Notes: generated from the letters alone by a model not told the origin. 64,000 nt of DNA from an uncultured Planctomycetota bacterium (GCA_963849325.1 CAWKHF010000009.1:192001-256000); one strand, 5' to 3'. Numbered from the stretch's first letter, positions 32,286 through 43,671 are shown. Made by a program: numbers and translations.

Positions 32286-33586
32286 TCACCCCGCCGCGAC
32301 CTCGGCCAGCGCCTCCCGCGCGGCGGCGATCGTCTGCTCGACGTGCTTGTCCGTGTGCAGCGCCGACAGGAACGCCGCCTCGAACTGGCTGCACGGCAAG
32401 TACACGCCGCGATCCATCATCGCCCAGAAGAAGCGGGCGAACCGCGAGCGTGTCGGCTTGCCGGGCCGTGTCGTAATCGACCACCGGCCCGGCCGTGAAG
32501 AACAGCGTCCACATGCTGCCGACTCGACCGATGCAGTGCGGCAGCCCGACCGCACGGGCGACCTCATCCAGCCCTCGGACCAACCGTTCGCCCAGTTCGT
32601 CGAGTCGGGCATAGGGCGGATGGTCGCGCAGCTCCTGCAAGGTGGCGATGCCGGCGGCCATCGCCACCGGGTTGCCGGAGAGCGTGCCGGCCTGGAAGAC
32701 CGGACCCGCCGGCATGACGTGCTTCATCACGTCCGCGCGTCCGCCGTAGGCGCCGACCGGCATCCCGCCGCCGACGACCTTGCCCAGCACCGTCAGGTCC
32801 GGCATCTGCCGATACAACTGCTGCGCCCCGCCGTAGGCCAGGCGAAAGCCGGTCATTACCTCATCGTAGATCAGCAGCGCTCCGTGCTTCTCCGTCAGGC
32901 GGCGCAGCTCGGCGAGGAACTCGTCGGACGGGCGCACCAGGCCCATGTTGCCGACGACGGGTTCGAGGATGACGCCGGCGATGCGATCGCCGTGGGCCGC
33001 GAAGGCGTCGGCCAGGCCCGACACGTCGTTGTAGCGGAGCACGAGCGTGTCGGCCGTGCAGCCGACCGGCACGCCGGGACTGTTGGGCACGCCCAGCGTG
33101 GTGGCGCTGGAGCCGGCCTGCACCAGCAGGCTATCGACGTGGCCGTGATAACAGCCGGCGAACTTGACGATCCCGTCGCGGCCGCGTGAAACCGCGCGCC
33201 AGGCGGATGGCGCTCATCGACGCCTCGGTGCCCGAGCTGACCAGGCGCACCATCTCGATCGACGGCACGGCATCGATAATCAGCTCGGCCAACTGCGATT
33301 CGGCCTCGGTCGGTGCGCCGAAGCTGGCGCCGCGCCGCATCGCTTCCTCGACGGCGTGGACCACGCGCGGGTGGGCATGGCCGAGGAGGAGCGGACCCCA
33401 CGAGGCGACGTAATCGAGATAGCGGTTGCCGTCGATGTCGTAGAGGTACGGGCCTTCGCCGCGGGCGATGAACAGCGGTTGGCCGCCGACGGCGCCGAAG
33501 GCCCGCGCCGGACTGTTGACGCCGCCGGGGATGAGACGACAGGCGCGTTGAAACGCTTCTCGACTGCGGACGCGCGGCGGCGGCAT
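32286..33586 (-). CDS. hemL: Glutamate-1-semialdehyde 2,1-aminomutase; indels ~33180 and ~32450
   Basis: [84 protein letters not shown]. Confidence 0.95.
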
Positions 33587-33617
33587 AACATGCTCCTCGA
33601 CAGCAAGGAAGGACGGC

Positions 33618-35528
33618 TCATGGCGGGCTTTTGAGACCCTTACGGGTATAAATAGCATCGCGCAGCTTACGGGCCTCCTCGACGAACGGCTTCAGGTTTT
33701 CGTCTTTGTCGTAGAGGACCAGGATGTCGAAGTAGGTCGGCAGTGCGTCGATGTCGCGCAACTCTTTGGCCTCATCGAGATGCTTCTGGACCAGCTCTTT
33801 GATTTCCTTCGTGTCCTGAGTTACGTCGCGCAGGTCGCGGCACTTCCAGGCCGCGTAGAGATGCCAGCCCTGCTGACTCGGTTCCTGCGCCGTATCTTCC
33901 TTGAGGGACGTCAAGCGCGTGCGGGCCTGGAGCTTATCGCCGAACTGCTCCGCTCGCCAGGCGAGAAACGCTCGCTGCCCCAGGGGATCGGACCAAGGCT
34001 TGTCCTCGCCGAAATCGTGAATGCGTTCCTTGTAGACCTTCTGGAACTGCGGATCGATCTGATCGAGCGCGCTCAGTTCGGCGAGGTGCTTCGCCGCTAC
34101 CAGACCCCAACTCCGCACACCGTCCTCCTGGACCTGCTTCCAGAGTTCGTCGGCCTTCTTTCGATTTCCCTCCTCTTCCGCTTCCGCCGCCTTGAAGGCG
34201 TTCTTCTCCGTATCGGTGTCCGGCGCGGCCAGGGGAGGCTTTTTGTCTCGCGCTCTTTGGATGTGTCGCTGCAGTATCCGCTCTTTCTCCGCCATGTCCA
34301 TTTGATCGGCCCAGGCGCGCACCTGTTTGCTCTGCTCGTCGGTTCGGTCGGAGTAGGAGTCGAGATATTTCTTGATCGGTCCCTCGCGGGCGCGCTGCTG
34401 GTCGTCGGGATTGCCGGTGTTCATCAACTGTTTCGCTTCCTGGTAGAGCCGGTCGGCCGAGGGCGGCCGGAACGCCAGGTACAGCAGTCCCGCCACGACG
34501 CCCAGCGCCAGCAGCAGCCCGAGCGCCTGAACCCACACTTTCTCATAGAACTTTTTCTTGGCCTGTTTTCGCTTCGCCCTTCCCTTGCCCGTCATCAAGG
34601 TACGGGCAGCGTCCTTGTCCTCGTCGTCCGGTCTCTTCTGACCGGGCGCGCGATCGATCAGACGGCGACGGACGGCCTCGACGCCGGCGCTCTGCTGCGC
34701 CTCGACCTTTTCCCGGATCGTGCCGAGCGTGGCGGTCACCATGCTGGCGTCGAGCGGCCGTTGCTCTGGCTTCTTTTCCATCAGCTGGCAAACCAGCGTA
34801 TCCAGCCACACGGGAATGTCGAGCACCTGCCGCGAAGGCCGCTCGAACGTGCCCTGGACGTGCTGCATGAACATTTCCATGGGGTTATCGGCCTGGAACG
34901 GCTTGTGGCCGGTCAGCAATTCGTAAAACAGTATACCGAGAGAATAGAGATCGGACTTGTTCGTCAAATCGGTCTGGCCCTTGCACTGCTCCGGCGACAT
35001 GTAGGCGGCGGTGCCGACCGTGCAATTGGTCGCCGTCAGCCCTTCAACGTCCATGTCCTTGGCGATGCCGAAGTCGGTCAACTTGAGGGTGCCGTCGGAC
35101 AGGACCATGATGTTGGACGGCTTCAGGTCGCGGTGGATGATGCCCTGCTCGTGGGCGTGCTGCAGCGCCGCGCACAATTGCTGGCCCAGCGCGACCACTT
35201 CCTCCCAGGTCATGCGTCCGCGGCGGGCCATGACCTTGTCGAGCGATTCGCCCTCGATGTACTCCATGGCGAAGTAGCGCGCCCCCTTGTGCTTGCCGGC
35301 GCCGTACAAGCGGACGATGTTGCGGTGGTTGAGCTGCTTGAGGATGGCGATTTCGCGCTCGAAGCGATCGGTGGCGGCCGCATTGGTCGAGCCGATGCCG
35401 GGAGCCATCACCTTGATGGCCATGATCTGCCCGGTCTTGGTGAATCGGCCGCGGTAGACGGTGCCCATCGCGCCGGAACCGAGTTCCTTGTCGATGGTGA
35501 ACGGTCCGAAGGATTGTCCGACCAGCAT
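33618..35528 (-). CDS. Membrane-anchored Ser/Thr protein kinase
   Basis: [36 protein letters not shown] segment [23 protein letters not shown]; helical extracytoplasmic C-terminus. Confidence 0.92.
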   Translation of the reverse strand: MLVGQSFGPFTIDKELGSGAMGTVYRGRFTKTGQIMAIKVMAPGIGSTNAAATDRFEREIAILKQLNHRNIVRLYGAGKHKGARYFAMEYIEGESLDKVMARRGRMTWEEVVALGQQLCAALQHAHEQGIIHRDLKPSNIMVLSDGTLKLTDFGIAKDMDVEGLTATNCTVGTAAYMSPEQCKGQTDLTNKSDLYSLGILFYELLTGHKPFQADNPMEMFMQHVQGTFERPSRQVLDIPVWLDTLVCQLMEKKPEQRPLDASMVTATLGTIREKVEAQQSAGVEAVRRRLIDRAPGQKRPDDEDKDAARTLMTGKGRAKRKQAKKKFYEKVWVQALGLLLALGVVAGLLYLAFRPPSADRLYQEAKQLMNTGNPDDQQRAREGPIKKYLDSYSDRTDEQSKQVRAWADQMDMAEKERILQRHIQRARDKKPPLAAPDTDTEKNAFKAAEAEEEGNRKKADELWKQVQEDGVRSWGLVAAKHLAELSALDQIDPQFQKVYKERIHDFGEDKPWSDPLGQRAFLAWRAEQFGDKLQARTRLTSLKEDTAQEPSQQGWHLYAAWKCRDLRDVTQDTKEIKELVQKHLDEAKELRDIDALPTYFDILVLYDKDENLKPFVEEARKLRDAIYTRKGLKSPP

Positions 35529-35676
35529 GGCCTGCTCCGAAAAAACATCGAAATCCGAAAGGCCAATCCGGGCTCGACACGAGCCAGTACGTGCGCAAGG
35601 GCTTCGGCCAAGCAACGCCCGTCGGACCCGAAGGCGGGAGGGATGTCCGGCTCGAAGTGCGCGAAATCCAGAGTAG

Positions 35677-35874
35677 TCAGGCCGTCTTGTGCGCGGCGAG
35701 CAAGCGTCGAATCTCCGGCAGAAGGGTCGCTGGCACGATAACGACCGCCTGATCGCCGCCGGCGGCGGCCTCGTCGGCCGCGATCCACTCCTCTTCCGTC
35801 CGTGCGTCCAATTCGGCTAACAGGTGCTTGACTCGCTCCTCATCCCAGCCGGTGGGGAACCGCTGCTCGTTCAT
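35677..35874 (-). CDS. Putative antitoxin (65 aa)
   Basis: MNEQRFPTGWDEERVKHLL..VIVPATLLPEIRRLLA; ATGA-coupled to the upstream toxin-like gene. Confidence 0.6.
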   Translation of the reverse strand: MNEQRFPTGWDEERVKHLLAELDARTEEEWIAADEAAAGGDQAVVIVPATLLPEIRRLLAAHKTA

Positions 35875-36155
35875 CGTCCGCGTCTCCGTTGCCGCCGCCG
35901 GAAGGCTTGAAGTTGCTTGCCGGCCAGCGGGTAAGCCGTTACCACAAACATCCCCTCGCCCTCCTCGTCCGGGACGTAAATGACACGCAGATACCGGCCG
36001 GCCTCGGTTCGGCCGAGTGCTTGCCGCGAGCCACGAGAGGACGGGCCATCTTCGCCGGGATGGGCCAAGACCCATTCCGCCTCGGCCTCGGTTACGCCGT
36101 GGTCGTAGATATGGGGCAGCCCCGTCTCGGGATCGCGGTAGTACCGGACTTGCAT
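35871..36155 (-). CDS. BrnT/DUF4258-like putative RNase toxin
   Basis: PHIYDHGVTEAEAEWVL..ALGRTEAGRYLRVIYV..FVVTAYPL. Confidence 0.7.
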   Translation of the reverse strand: MQVRYYRDPETGLPHIYDHGVTEAEAEWVLAHPGEDGPSSRGSRQALGRTEAGRYLRVIYVPDEEGEGMFVVTAYPLAGKQLQAFRRRQRRRGR

Positions 36156-36239
36156 TCCCGGTCCTCACCGTCAGGAGTTCAGAATAATTGTAGCCGGTCG
36201 ATCTTCGGCAACCAATATCGCGTCGGGCCTGACGGCCGT

Positions 36240-37301
36240 TTATTTCAGCCACAAAGCCACGTCGCGGGCGAAATACGTGAGGATCATGTCGGCACCGGCC
36301 CTCTTGATGCTGGTAAGGATTTCCAGGGCGACGCGGCGCTCGTCGATCCAGCCCTTTTGCGCCGCCGCCTTGACCAGGGCGAACTCGCCGCTGACGTTAT
36401 ACGCCGCCACGGGCACACCGAAACGATCCTTGACGCGGCGAATGATGTCGAGGTACGCCAGGGCCGGCTTGACCATCACGATGTCGGCGCCCTCGGCTAG
36501 GTCCAGCTCGACCTCGCGCAGCGCCTCGTCGCCGTTGGCGGGGTCCATCTGATAGCTGTTGCGGTCGCCGAACTGCGGCGGCGACTCGGCGGCGTCGCGG
36601 AAGGGGCCGTAAAAGCCGGAGGCGTACTTGGCCGAGTAGCTCATGATGGGCAGATGCGCGAAGCCGGCCGCGTCGAGGGCGGCGCGGAGGACGCCGACCA
36701 TGCCGTCGAGCATGCCGCTGGGAGCGACCAGGTCGGCGCCGGCTTGAGCGTGGCTGACGCACTGCTTCGCCAACAGCGGCAGCGTGGCGTCGTTATCGAG
36801 GTCGAGCCGACCCGTCGTCTCGCTCAGCACTCCGCAATGTCCGTGATCGGTGTACTCGCAGAAACATTCGTCCGTCATTAAGAGGGCACGGTCGCCGTAC
36901 TGCTTCCGCAGGGTGCGTAGAGACTGCTGTACGACGCCCTCGGGATCGAGGGCGCTGGAGCCGGTGGCGTCCTTGTGCGTCGGGATACCGAACAGGATAA
37001 AGGCACGGACGCCGAGGTCGAGGGACGTCCCGACTTCCTCCACGAGTCGATCGATGCTGAACTGATAATTGCCCGGCATCGAGGCGATTTCTTTCTTGAT
37101 GCCGTGACCGGGACGGACGAACAGCGGCAGAATGAGGTCCTCGACCGTCAGGGACGTTTCGCGGACGAGGCTGCGGATCAGTGGATGATGGCGCAGGCGC
37201 CTCGGCCGCACAGTGAGGGAAGGTTCCCTGGTGGGGCGTGGGTAGTCGGAAGGAGGATCCGTTGTCATGCTCGAAATCCTCGTAGGCGGAAGCCGGTTCA
37301 T
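36240..37301 (-). CDS. hemB: Porphobilinogen synthase
   Basis: [68 protein letters not shown]. Confidence 0.96.
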   Translation of the reverse strand: MNRLPPTRISSMTTDPPSDYPRPTREPSLTVRPRRLRHHPLIRSLVRETSLTVEDLILPLFVRPGHGIKKEIASMPGNYQFSIDRLVEEVGTSLDLGVRAFILFGIPTHKDATGSSALDPEGVVQQSLRTLRKQYGDRALLMTDECFCEYTDHGHCGVLSETTGRLDLDNDATLPLLAKQCVSHAQAGADLVAPSGMLDGMVGVLRAALDAAGFAHLPIMSYSAKYASGFYGPFRDAAESPPQFGDRNSYQMDPANGDEALREVELDLAEGADIVMVKPALAYLDIIRRVKDRFGVPVAAYNVSGEFALVKAAAQKGWIDERRVALEILTSIKRAGADMILTYFARDVALWLK

Positions 37302-37696
37302 GGCCTCTTGGTAATTCCTTCCAACACTTTAATCGTCGGCTCCCAGACAGCCACGGCCGTCAGGAGGATGGCGATGACAGGCAGGACGGTCATGAGGCTC
37401 GACCACAGCACTCGGCCGCCCATTTTCCGCAAGCGTGAGTACACGGCGCCATCGATGACCAGAAAAGTGAGCACGACCAGCAGCGCGAAGGGCACGATCC
37501 CGTGCGTCAGAGAAATCACGAGTTCGGTCATTGACGGCAACTTCATGCCAAGATCCCGAAAGATTCTTTCACAGCGAGGTACGAAGAAGAACAATCCCAG
37601 CAGCCAGACGACCCACAGGGCCGCGTGAGCGGCCACGAGCAGGACCGTGGTGCGGTACGTTCGCCCGCCATCGACTGGTTCTCGTAAGTTGCTCAT
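37298..37696 (-). CDS. Small membrane protein with a PilC/GspF-like segment
   Basis: Three hydrophobic helices; [27 protein letters not shown]. Confidence 0.55.
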   Translation of the reverse strand: MSNLREPVDGGRTYRTTVLLVAAHAALWVVWLLGLFFFVPRCERIFRDLGMKLPSMTELVISLTHGIVPFALLVVLTFLVIDGAVYSRLRKMGGRVLWSSLMTVLPVIAILLTAVAVWEPTIKVLEGITKRP

Positions 37697-37723
37697 GAGT
37701 GCTTCCGGTTGATTGTCGGGGTA

Positions 37724-38897
37724 TCACCCCTGGTAAACGCGGTTCGCAGCGGCGACGCCGCCGCCGGGCTGCACCTTGACTCCCTGGCTCGCCAAACACT
37801 GCTCCAGCGCCCCTAAAAACAGCAGCACCACCTCCGGTCGGCTATTGAACCCCATCAAGCCGATGCGCCACGCCTTGCCCTTGAATTCGCCGAGACCGCC
37901 GCCAATCTCGATGCCGAACTCGCTCAGCAGTCGCTTGCGCACCACCAGGTCATCGACTCCGGCCGGGATGCGCACGGCGTTGAGTTGGGGGAGCTGATGG
38001 TTCTCGTTGGCGGTATACGTCAGGCCCAGAGCCTTCAACCCCGCCTTCAGCGCCTCGTGATTGCGTTGGTGCCGCGCCCAGCGCGCTCCAATCCCTCTTC
38101 CAGCACCAACCGCAATCCTTCGTAGAGGGCGTAGACCATCGTGATCGGCCCGGTGTGGTGGTAGAAGCGATCGCTGTCCCAGTAGTGCTCGACCAGGTTG
38201 ACGTCGAGATACCAACTCTGCACTTTGGTTTTGCGTTTGCTGAACACTTCGACGGCCCGCGGGCTGAACGACACCGGTGACAACCCCGGCGGACAGCTCA
38301 ACCCCTTCTGCGAACAACTGTAGACCGCATCAATCCCCAGCCCATCGAGGGCCAGCGGAATGCAGCCCAGCGACGTGACGGCATCAACGAGCAACAAGGT
38401 GTCGAATTCGTGACACAATTCGCCCAATCCTTCCAGCGGCTGCCATGCCCCCGTCGAGGTCTCCGCCTGCACGATGGCGAGCAGCTTGGGCCGTACTTTT
38501 TGCAGCACCTCGCGGAGTTGATTGCGGTCGAACACCTCGCCCCAGGGTCGTTCGAGTACCGTGACCTGCGCCCGGCGCGGCCGGCCACCTCGACCATGCG
38601 CTGGCCGAAGAAGCCCGCGACGCAGACGACGACGCCATCGCCCGGTTCGACCAGGTTGACGAAACAGGTCTCCATGCCGGCCATGCCGGTGGCGCTGACC
38701 GGAAACGTGACCGCGTTGTTCGTCCGGAACGCGGCCCGCAGCATCTCCTGGACGCGGTTCATGATCTCCAGAAACTGCGGATCGAGATGACCCAGGAGCG
38801 GCGTGGCCATGGCGCGGAGGACGCGCGGATGAGCGTCGCTGGGACCGGGACCGAGCAACAGACGCGGCGGCGGATTCAGTTGGCCAGGTAGGTTCAT
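37724..38897 (-). CDS. Class V PLP aminotransferase (alanine-glyoxylate/serine-pyruvate type); indels ~38575 and ~38080
   Basis: LLLGPGPS, GHLDPQF, AETSTG, VDAVTSLG, YSCSQKGLSCPPG, YHHTGP, IEIGGGLG..WRIGLMG. Confidence 0.9.
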
Positions 38898-38916
38898 GGT
38901 TCTCGTTGTTGGGGAC

Positions 38917-38957
38917 TCATGATTCGTGGCTCGCGATGTACGAACCACGAGTTATGA
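38917..38957. repeat. Degenerate inverted repeat containing the upstream stop codon
   Basis: tcatgattcgtggctcg / cgaaccacgagttatga (pairs with G-U wobbles). Confidence 0.5.
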
Positions 38958-39518
38958 CTGTTTCATCCGTTCCTGGATCAGCCGACTGACGGCCTTGAAC
39001 TGCGGATGGTCGGCGCCGCCAATCCACTCGAAGACGCACATCTCGCAGGTCGTGAGCACGGCGCCGGCCTGCTCGAGGCGGCGCACGGCAACGTCGTGAT
39101 CGATGCGGTAGCGCGAGCCGGCGGCATCGACGGCGACGTAGACGCGGAAATCCAGGGCCAGCAAATCGAGGGCAGTGTGCAGCACGCACACGTGCGTCTC
39201 GATGCCGCACAGCACCACCTTGGGCCGCGCCGCCCGGTGGAAGGTCTGCACGACGGCCGGAACGGCGCAACTACTGAAGGCGACCTTGTCCGGCCGCTGG
39301 GGCAACTTTTGGGCCAACTCCGCCACGGTGGCCCCCAGGCCGCGCGGATACTGCTCGGTACACTGGATGGGCATGTCGAGCAGACGGGCCGCATCGATCA
39401 GGAAGGCGATGTTGCGCACGAGGCGATCGGCGTCCACGATCTTCGGGACGAGTTTCTCCTGCACGTCGATGACGAGCAAGCCGGTGTCGCCGGCCGACAT
39501 TTGCGTCGCATGCGGCAT
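38952..39518 (-). CDS. Isochorismatase-family hydrolase
   Basis: LLVIDVQEKL, TEQYPRGLGAT, K.AFSSC, GIETHVCVLHTALDL. Confidence 0.92.
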   Translation of the reverse strand: MPHATQMSAGDTGLLVIDVQEKLVPKIVDADRLVRNIAFLIDAARLLDMPIQCTEQYPRGLGATVAELAQKLPQRPDKVAFSSCAVPAVVQTFHRAARPKVVLCGIETHVCVLHTALDLLALDFRVYVAVDAAGSRYRIDHDVAVRRLEQAGAVLTTCEMCVFEWIGGADHPQFKAVSRLIQERMKQS

Positions 39519-39698
39519 GATGCGTCCTCTACCCGTGCGGAAACCCCCTGTTCGGGATGCTACGGTGTACCACGGCGGGCGTCAAGGAAGCGGCGTGACG
39601 AGGGCTTTCGGCCTCGTTTTTTCGCCTGCCAACTGCGGTGGTCTTCGTTGATGCACAGGAGGTAGAATACCATGCAGGTACACGAGGGAGGACAGCGC

Positions 39699-40877
39699 AT
39701 GCGGAAGAAGGCCGAAATCAGCAGTCTGTTTTACATTACGCACGTCGAGAACCTTCCTTCGATTCTCCAGCGCGGCATCTTGTCGCACGCGCAGGTCGAG
39801 GCGAAGAATGTCCCCTACAAGGCGATTTACGACATCGGCATTGTCAACCACCGCAAGGAGAAGAAGACGTCCACCGGCAGAAGTTTGTGGGACTACGCCA
39901 ACGTCTTCCTCCAGCCGCGCAATCCGATGATGTACCGAGTGGTTCATGAAAAGAGTTGGAAGAACCTGGCCGTCGTCGCCGTTAAGCCTGACGTTCTGAA
40001 TGGGGTTGGCGTTCTGCTGACAGATGGGAACGCGGCAAATGGGCCGACTCGGGACTACTCAGTCTCCGAGGGACTGAAGGTCATTGAGAGTCAGTGGTCC
40101 GTGATCCAGGCCGAGTATTGGTGCTCGGATGACGGATCCAAGCGGAAGATCATGGCGGAGTGTCTCGTACCGGACATGATCCAGGTAGAGCACATCCACT
40201 CAATCTATGTGGCCGATCAGGAGACGAAAAAGCGGGCTGATGAACTCCTCGGTCTCTGCCGGGTACATGTTGTTCCTGAGCCGCACATGTTCTTCCGTCC
40301 CTTGTACGCTGTGCGCATTGGCTCAAACATCTCGCTAATCGACGGGGACATGTTCTTCTCCGACATGCAAGCGCTGACGGTTAGCGTCAACTTGCAGGGG
40401 ATCATGGGCAAGGGGTTGGCTTCGCGTGCCAAGTACCAGTTTCCCGATGTGTACGTTGTCTACCAAGATGCCTGCCGAGCAAGGCGGATTACGGCGACCA
40501 AACCTTACCTGTACAAACGCGAGGCCTCGCTCGACGAAGACCTTGCGGATTCTAGCACGCCGCTGGACACTCCGAACGCGGTGAAATGGTTCCTTCTCTT
40601 CGCAACCAAACGGAAGTGGCGGGACAACTCCCGCATTGAGGACATCGAGGCCGGCTTGGCTTGGTTCAAGGACCATTTTGCCACGGAAGGCGTACAATCA
40701 CTGGCCATACCCGCTCTCGGGTGCGGACTCGGAGGCCTCGATTGGGCGACCGTCGGTCCGATCATGTGCCGGTATCTCCACGACATCGACATTCCGGTGG
40801 CCATCTACCTTCCCCGCGAACGGGCTATTGCCCCAGAGTTCCTCACGGCGTCGTACCTGCTTGGTGGGAAAACGTAG
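39699..40877 (+). CDS. darTG: DarT (DUF4433) DNA ADP-ribosyltransferase fused to a DarG-type macrodomain
   Basis: DarT: YITHVENLPSILQRGILS, SLWDYANVFLQPRNPMMY, TDGNAA, KRKIMAECLVP. Macrodomain: GDMF, SVNLQGIMGKGLA, FATKRKWRDNS, SLAIPALGCGLGGLDW. One uninterrupted frame. Confidence 0.88.
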   Translation: MRKKAEISSLFYITHVENLPSILQRGILSHAQVEAKNVPYKAIYDIGIVNHRKEKKTSTGRSLWDYANVFLQPRNPMMYRVVHEKSWKNLAVVAVKPDVLNGVGVLLTDGNAANGPTRDYSVSEGLKVIESQWSVIQAEYWCSDDGSKRKIMAECLVPDMIQVEHIHSIYVADQETKKRADELLGLCRVHVVPEPHMFFRPLYAVRIGSNISLIDGDMFFSDMQALTVSVNLQGIMGKGLASRAKYQFPDVYVVYQDACRARRITATKPYLYKREASLDEDLADSSTPLDTPNAVKWFLLFATKRKWRDNSRIEDIEAGLAWFKDHFATEGVQSLAIPALGCGLGGLDWATVGPIMCRYLHDIDIPVAIYLPRERAIAPEFLTASYLLGGKT

Positions 40878-40888
40878 TCCGTACCTGT

Positions 40889-41035
40889 CTTGCCCGTGTC
40901 GAAACGCCGGGCATGTCGCTGTCGTACCGCGTCGAGGACAAGATGCGGCTGAGCAAGGACAAGATGGCCGTGACGGTCAATCCGTCGCGGACGCTGGTCG
41001 GCATCCCGCCGGAGCATTGTCATACCACCTGACGC
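40889..41035 (+). pseudogene. Fragment resembling the C-terminal domain of type ISP restriction-modification enzymes
   Basis: LSYRVEDKMRLSKDKMAVTVNPSRTLVGIPPE, then ALSYHL in a shifted frame; compare recalled type ISP consensus YRVEKMKLSKDK....N..LTL.GIP.EAF.YRL. Confidence 0.6.
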
Positions 41036-41081
41036 CGCCTCACCGCAATAACCTCCACACATGCGGGAGCAGCGCCGCCGG

Positions 41082-41459
41082 TCATTCCAGCAATTTCTTG
41101 GCCTTCTTCGGATCGTCCACGGCGAAGGCAAGGTCCACGAGATCGCCGTCGAGGCCGACGACGTAGATGGCCTGCACGTTGACGTTGGCGTTGGCCAGCT
41201 TGCCAGCCACGTCTTCCAGTTCGCCGGCGCGGTTCTCCAGCATCACCGTCACCAACTCGCTCTCCTCGAAGGAAATGTGGCCCTCGTTGAGGGCGGCACG
41301 GGCGGCCTCGACGTTGTCGGCGATCAGCCGCAACATGCCTTTGTTGTCGATGACCATGGCGGACACCGATTTGAGATTGACGCCCTTGCGGGCCAGGGCG
41401 TGCGTGACGCGGGCCAGCTCGCCCGGCCGGTGCGTCAGGTGGATGGCGAAGTCGCGCAT
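41082..41459 (-). CDS. Tandem ACT domain protein
   Basis: HRPGELARVTHALARKGVNL and NRAGELEDVAGKLANANVNVQAIY. Confidence 0.85.
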   Translation of the reverse strand: MRDFAIHLTHRPGELARVTHALARKGVNLKSVSAMVIDNKGMLRLIADNVEAARAALNEGHISFEESELVTVMLENRAGELEDVAGKLANANVNVQAIYVVGLDGDLVDLAFAVDDPKKAKKLLE

Positions 41460-41484
41460 GGGAACCTCCAGTGCGGATGGTGGA

Positions 41485-42243
41485 CTATTTCAGCTCCTTG
41501 ATGGCGATGTGGCGGAACTGCACCAGGGCGGGCGGCGACACCCATTTACCTTGTTTGGCATCCCAGGCGCCGTGGTGCTGCAAGGCGATCGGCCCTTGCT
41601 TGGGTACGCCGGGCAGCTGGGCGTTGGCGATGACTTCCTCGCCGTTGAGCTTCACCCATAAGCGATCGCCTTTCATGGTGATCTCGAACGTGTTCCACTC
41701 GCCGCGTGGCTTGTCCGCTCGTTTTTTCGGCGTGACGCCGGCGCGCACCTCGGCCGGCATTTTGCGATCGGTGCGGTAGCCCCACACTTCGCCGGAGCCG
41801 ACCGGCCACAGCCAGATGTTCACCTGGCTCTTGGATGAGCCGCGCAGGTAGATGCCCGAATCGACATCGTCGATCTCCACCGTCTCGGGCTTGCCGTCCG
41901 CTCCTTTTTTCGTCTCGCCGTCCGGCCCGATGACCGCGACCGCGTGCTTGACGCCCGCCTCCGTTTTCAGACGCCAATCGACGCGCAGCACGAAATCCTG
42001 AAACGACTTGTCGGTCCACAGCGCCTTGTCGCCTTTCGCCTCGCTACGGGCGTCGTAATCGATCACGCCATCTTTCACCTTCCAGTGGCCGTTGTCGCCC
42101 TCGGGCACCTTCCAGCCCATCAAGTCCTTGCCGTTGAATAGCGACGTGAAGCCTTCCGGCGTTCCCTTGTCGTCGGTGCGCAGGTTCGCGGCGAGCATCA
42201 CCGCGCCGGCGGCCAGAACCATCAACCCGTGCCGGTAACGCAT
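41485..42243 (-). CDS. DUF1080 (3-keto-disaccharide hydrolase-like) exported protein
   Basis: GFTSLFNGKDLMGW, DFVLRVDWR, DSGIYLRG, GEWNTFEIT, GPIALQHHG, FRHIAIKEL. Confidence 0.88.
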   Translation of the reverse strand: MRYRHGLMVLAAGAVMLAANLRTDDKGTPEGFTSLFNGKDLMGWKVPEGDNGHWKVKDGVIDYDARSEAKGDKALWTDKSFQDFVLRVDWRLKTEAGVKHAVAVIGPDGETKKGADGKPETVEIDDVDSGIYLRGSSKSQVNIWLWPVGSGEVWGYRTDRKMPAEVRAGVTPKKRADKPRGEWNTFEITMKGDRLWVKLNGEEVIANAQLPGVPKQGPIALQHHGAWDAKQGKWVSPPALVQFRHIAIKELK

Positions 42244-42260
42244 GAGTCCCTCCCTTCGTT

Positions 42261-43671
42261 TCATACGATCGGACGAATGACCTTGCCGAGAACGGACGTG
42301 AGCCGCTCCTTGCGGCCCAGGTGCAGGTACGTGAGCTGTTCCTGATCGAGTCCGAGTTGGTGCAGGATGGTCGTGTGGACGTCGCGGAAGTGATAGGGAT
42401 CCTGTACGGCGCGGAGTCCGATGTCGTCGGTGGCGCCGACGACGCGACCGCCCTGGATGCCGCCGCCGGCCAGCCACATCGAGAAGCCGAGGTTGTGATG
42501 GTCGCGGCCCTTGCCGCCCTGCGCCTCCGGCGAACGGCCGAACTCGCCGCCCCACAGCACGAGCGTCGAATCGAGCAGGCCGCGCCGTTTCAGATCGGCC
42601 AGCAAACCCGCGATCGGCCGATCGACCCGCGCCGCCATCTGCCCGTGGTTGGACTCGATGTCCTTGTGGGCGTCCCACTGCCGGGCGCCGCCGCCGGAGA
42701 CAACGACGATGAAGCGAACGCCCTTCTCGACCAGCCGCCGGGCCAGCAGACAGCGCCGGCCGTAATCGTCCGTCGGTTCGGCTCCGACGCCGTACAGGGC
42801 CAGCGTCTCGCGCGTCTCGCCGGATAAATCGAACACCTGCGGCGCCTCCGTCTGCATCCGGAAGGCCAGCTCATACGAACTGATGCGAGCGGCCAGTTCG
42901 TCGTCATCCGGCTCCCGCGCCGCCTCGTTCAGCGCGGATGAGATCGACCGTGGCGCGGCGCTGCGGTAGGCGGACGCCGGGCGGCAGATCGAGATTGCGG
43001 ACGGGGCGGGCGCCGCCGCGGAACATGGTCGGCTGATAGACCGCTGGCAGAAAGCCGTTGGCGTACATCGGCTGACCGGCTTCGAGCGCGCCGCCGGGAT
43101 CGGGCATGACGACGTAAGCCGGCAGCGACTGGCTTTCCGAGCCGAGTCCGTAGACGATCCAGGAACCCATGCTGGGGAAGCCCGGCACCACACGGCCGGT
43201 CAACAATTCATATTGTGCCGCTGAGTGAACGACCGAGTCGCCATGACAGGAGCGAACGACGGCCATGTCATCAATGTGGCGGGCGGTATGCGGGAAAAGG
43301 TCGGATACCTCGATGCCGCTGCGGCCGGACTTCGTGAACGAGCGCTTGCTGCCGAGCAGGCGAGCATCGCGCGAAATAAATTGATATTTCGCATCGCCGA
43401 ACTCTTTCGGACGCGCCTGGCCGTCGAGCTTGTTCAGCAGCGGCTTGGGGTCAAACGTCTCCAGATGACTCGGCCCGCCAGCCATGAACAAGAAGATCAC
43501 GGCCTTCGCCCTGGATGGCGGCGTGTGCGGCGGCCTGGGAGCCAGCGGGTTTACGGACGCGGCCCGTACCGCATCCTCATGCAAGAGCGAGGTCAGGGCC
43601 AGGGTGCCGAAGCCGCAGAAGGCGTCCCGCAGAAAGGCGCGGCGATCCGAAATCGTGCTCATGGTGCTCAA
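42261..43671 (-). CDS. DUF1501 protein (Tat-exported); indel ~42940
   Basis: RRAFL, VIFLFMAGGPSHLETFDPKP, SYELAFRMQ, CLLARRLVEKGVRF, WGGEFGRSP, GRDHH. Confidence 0.9.
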
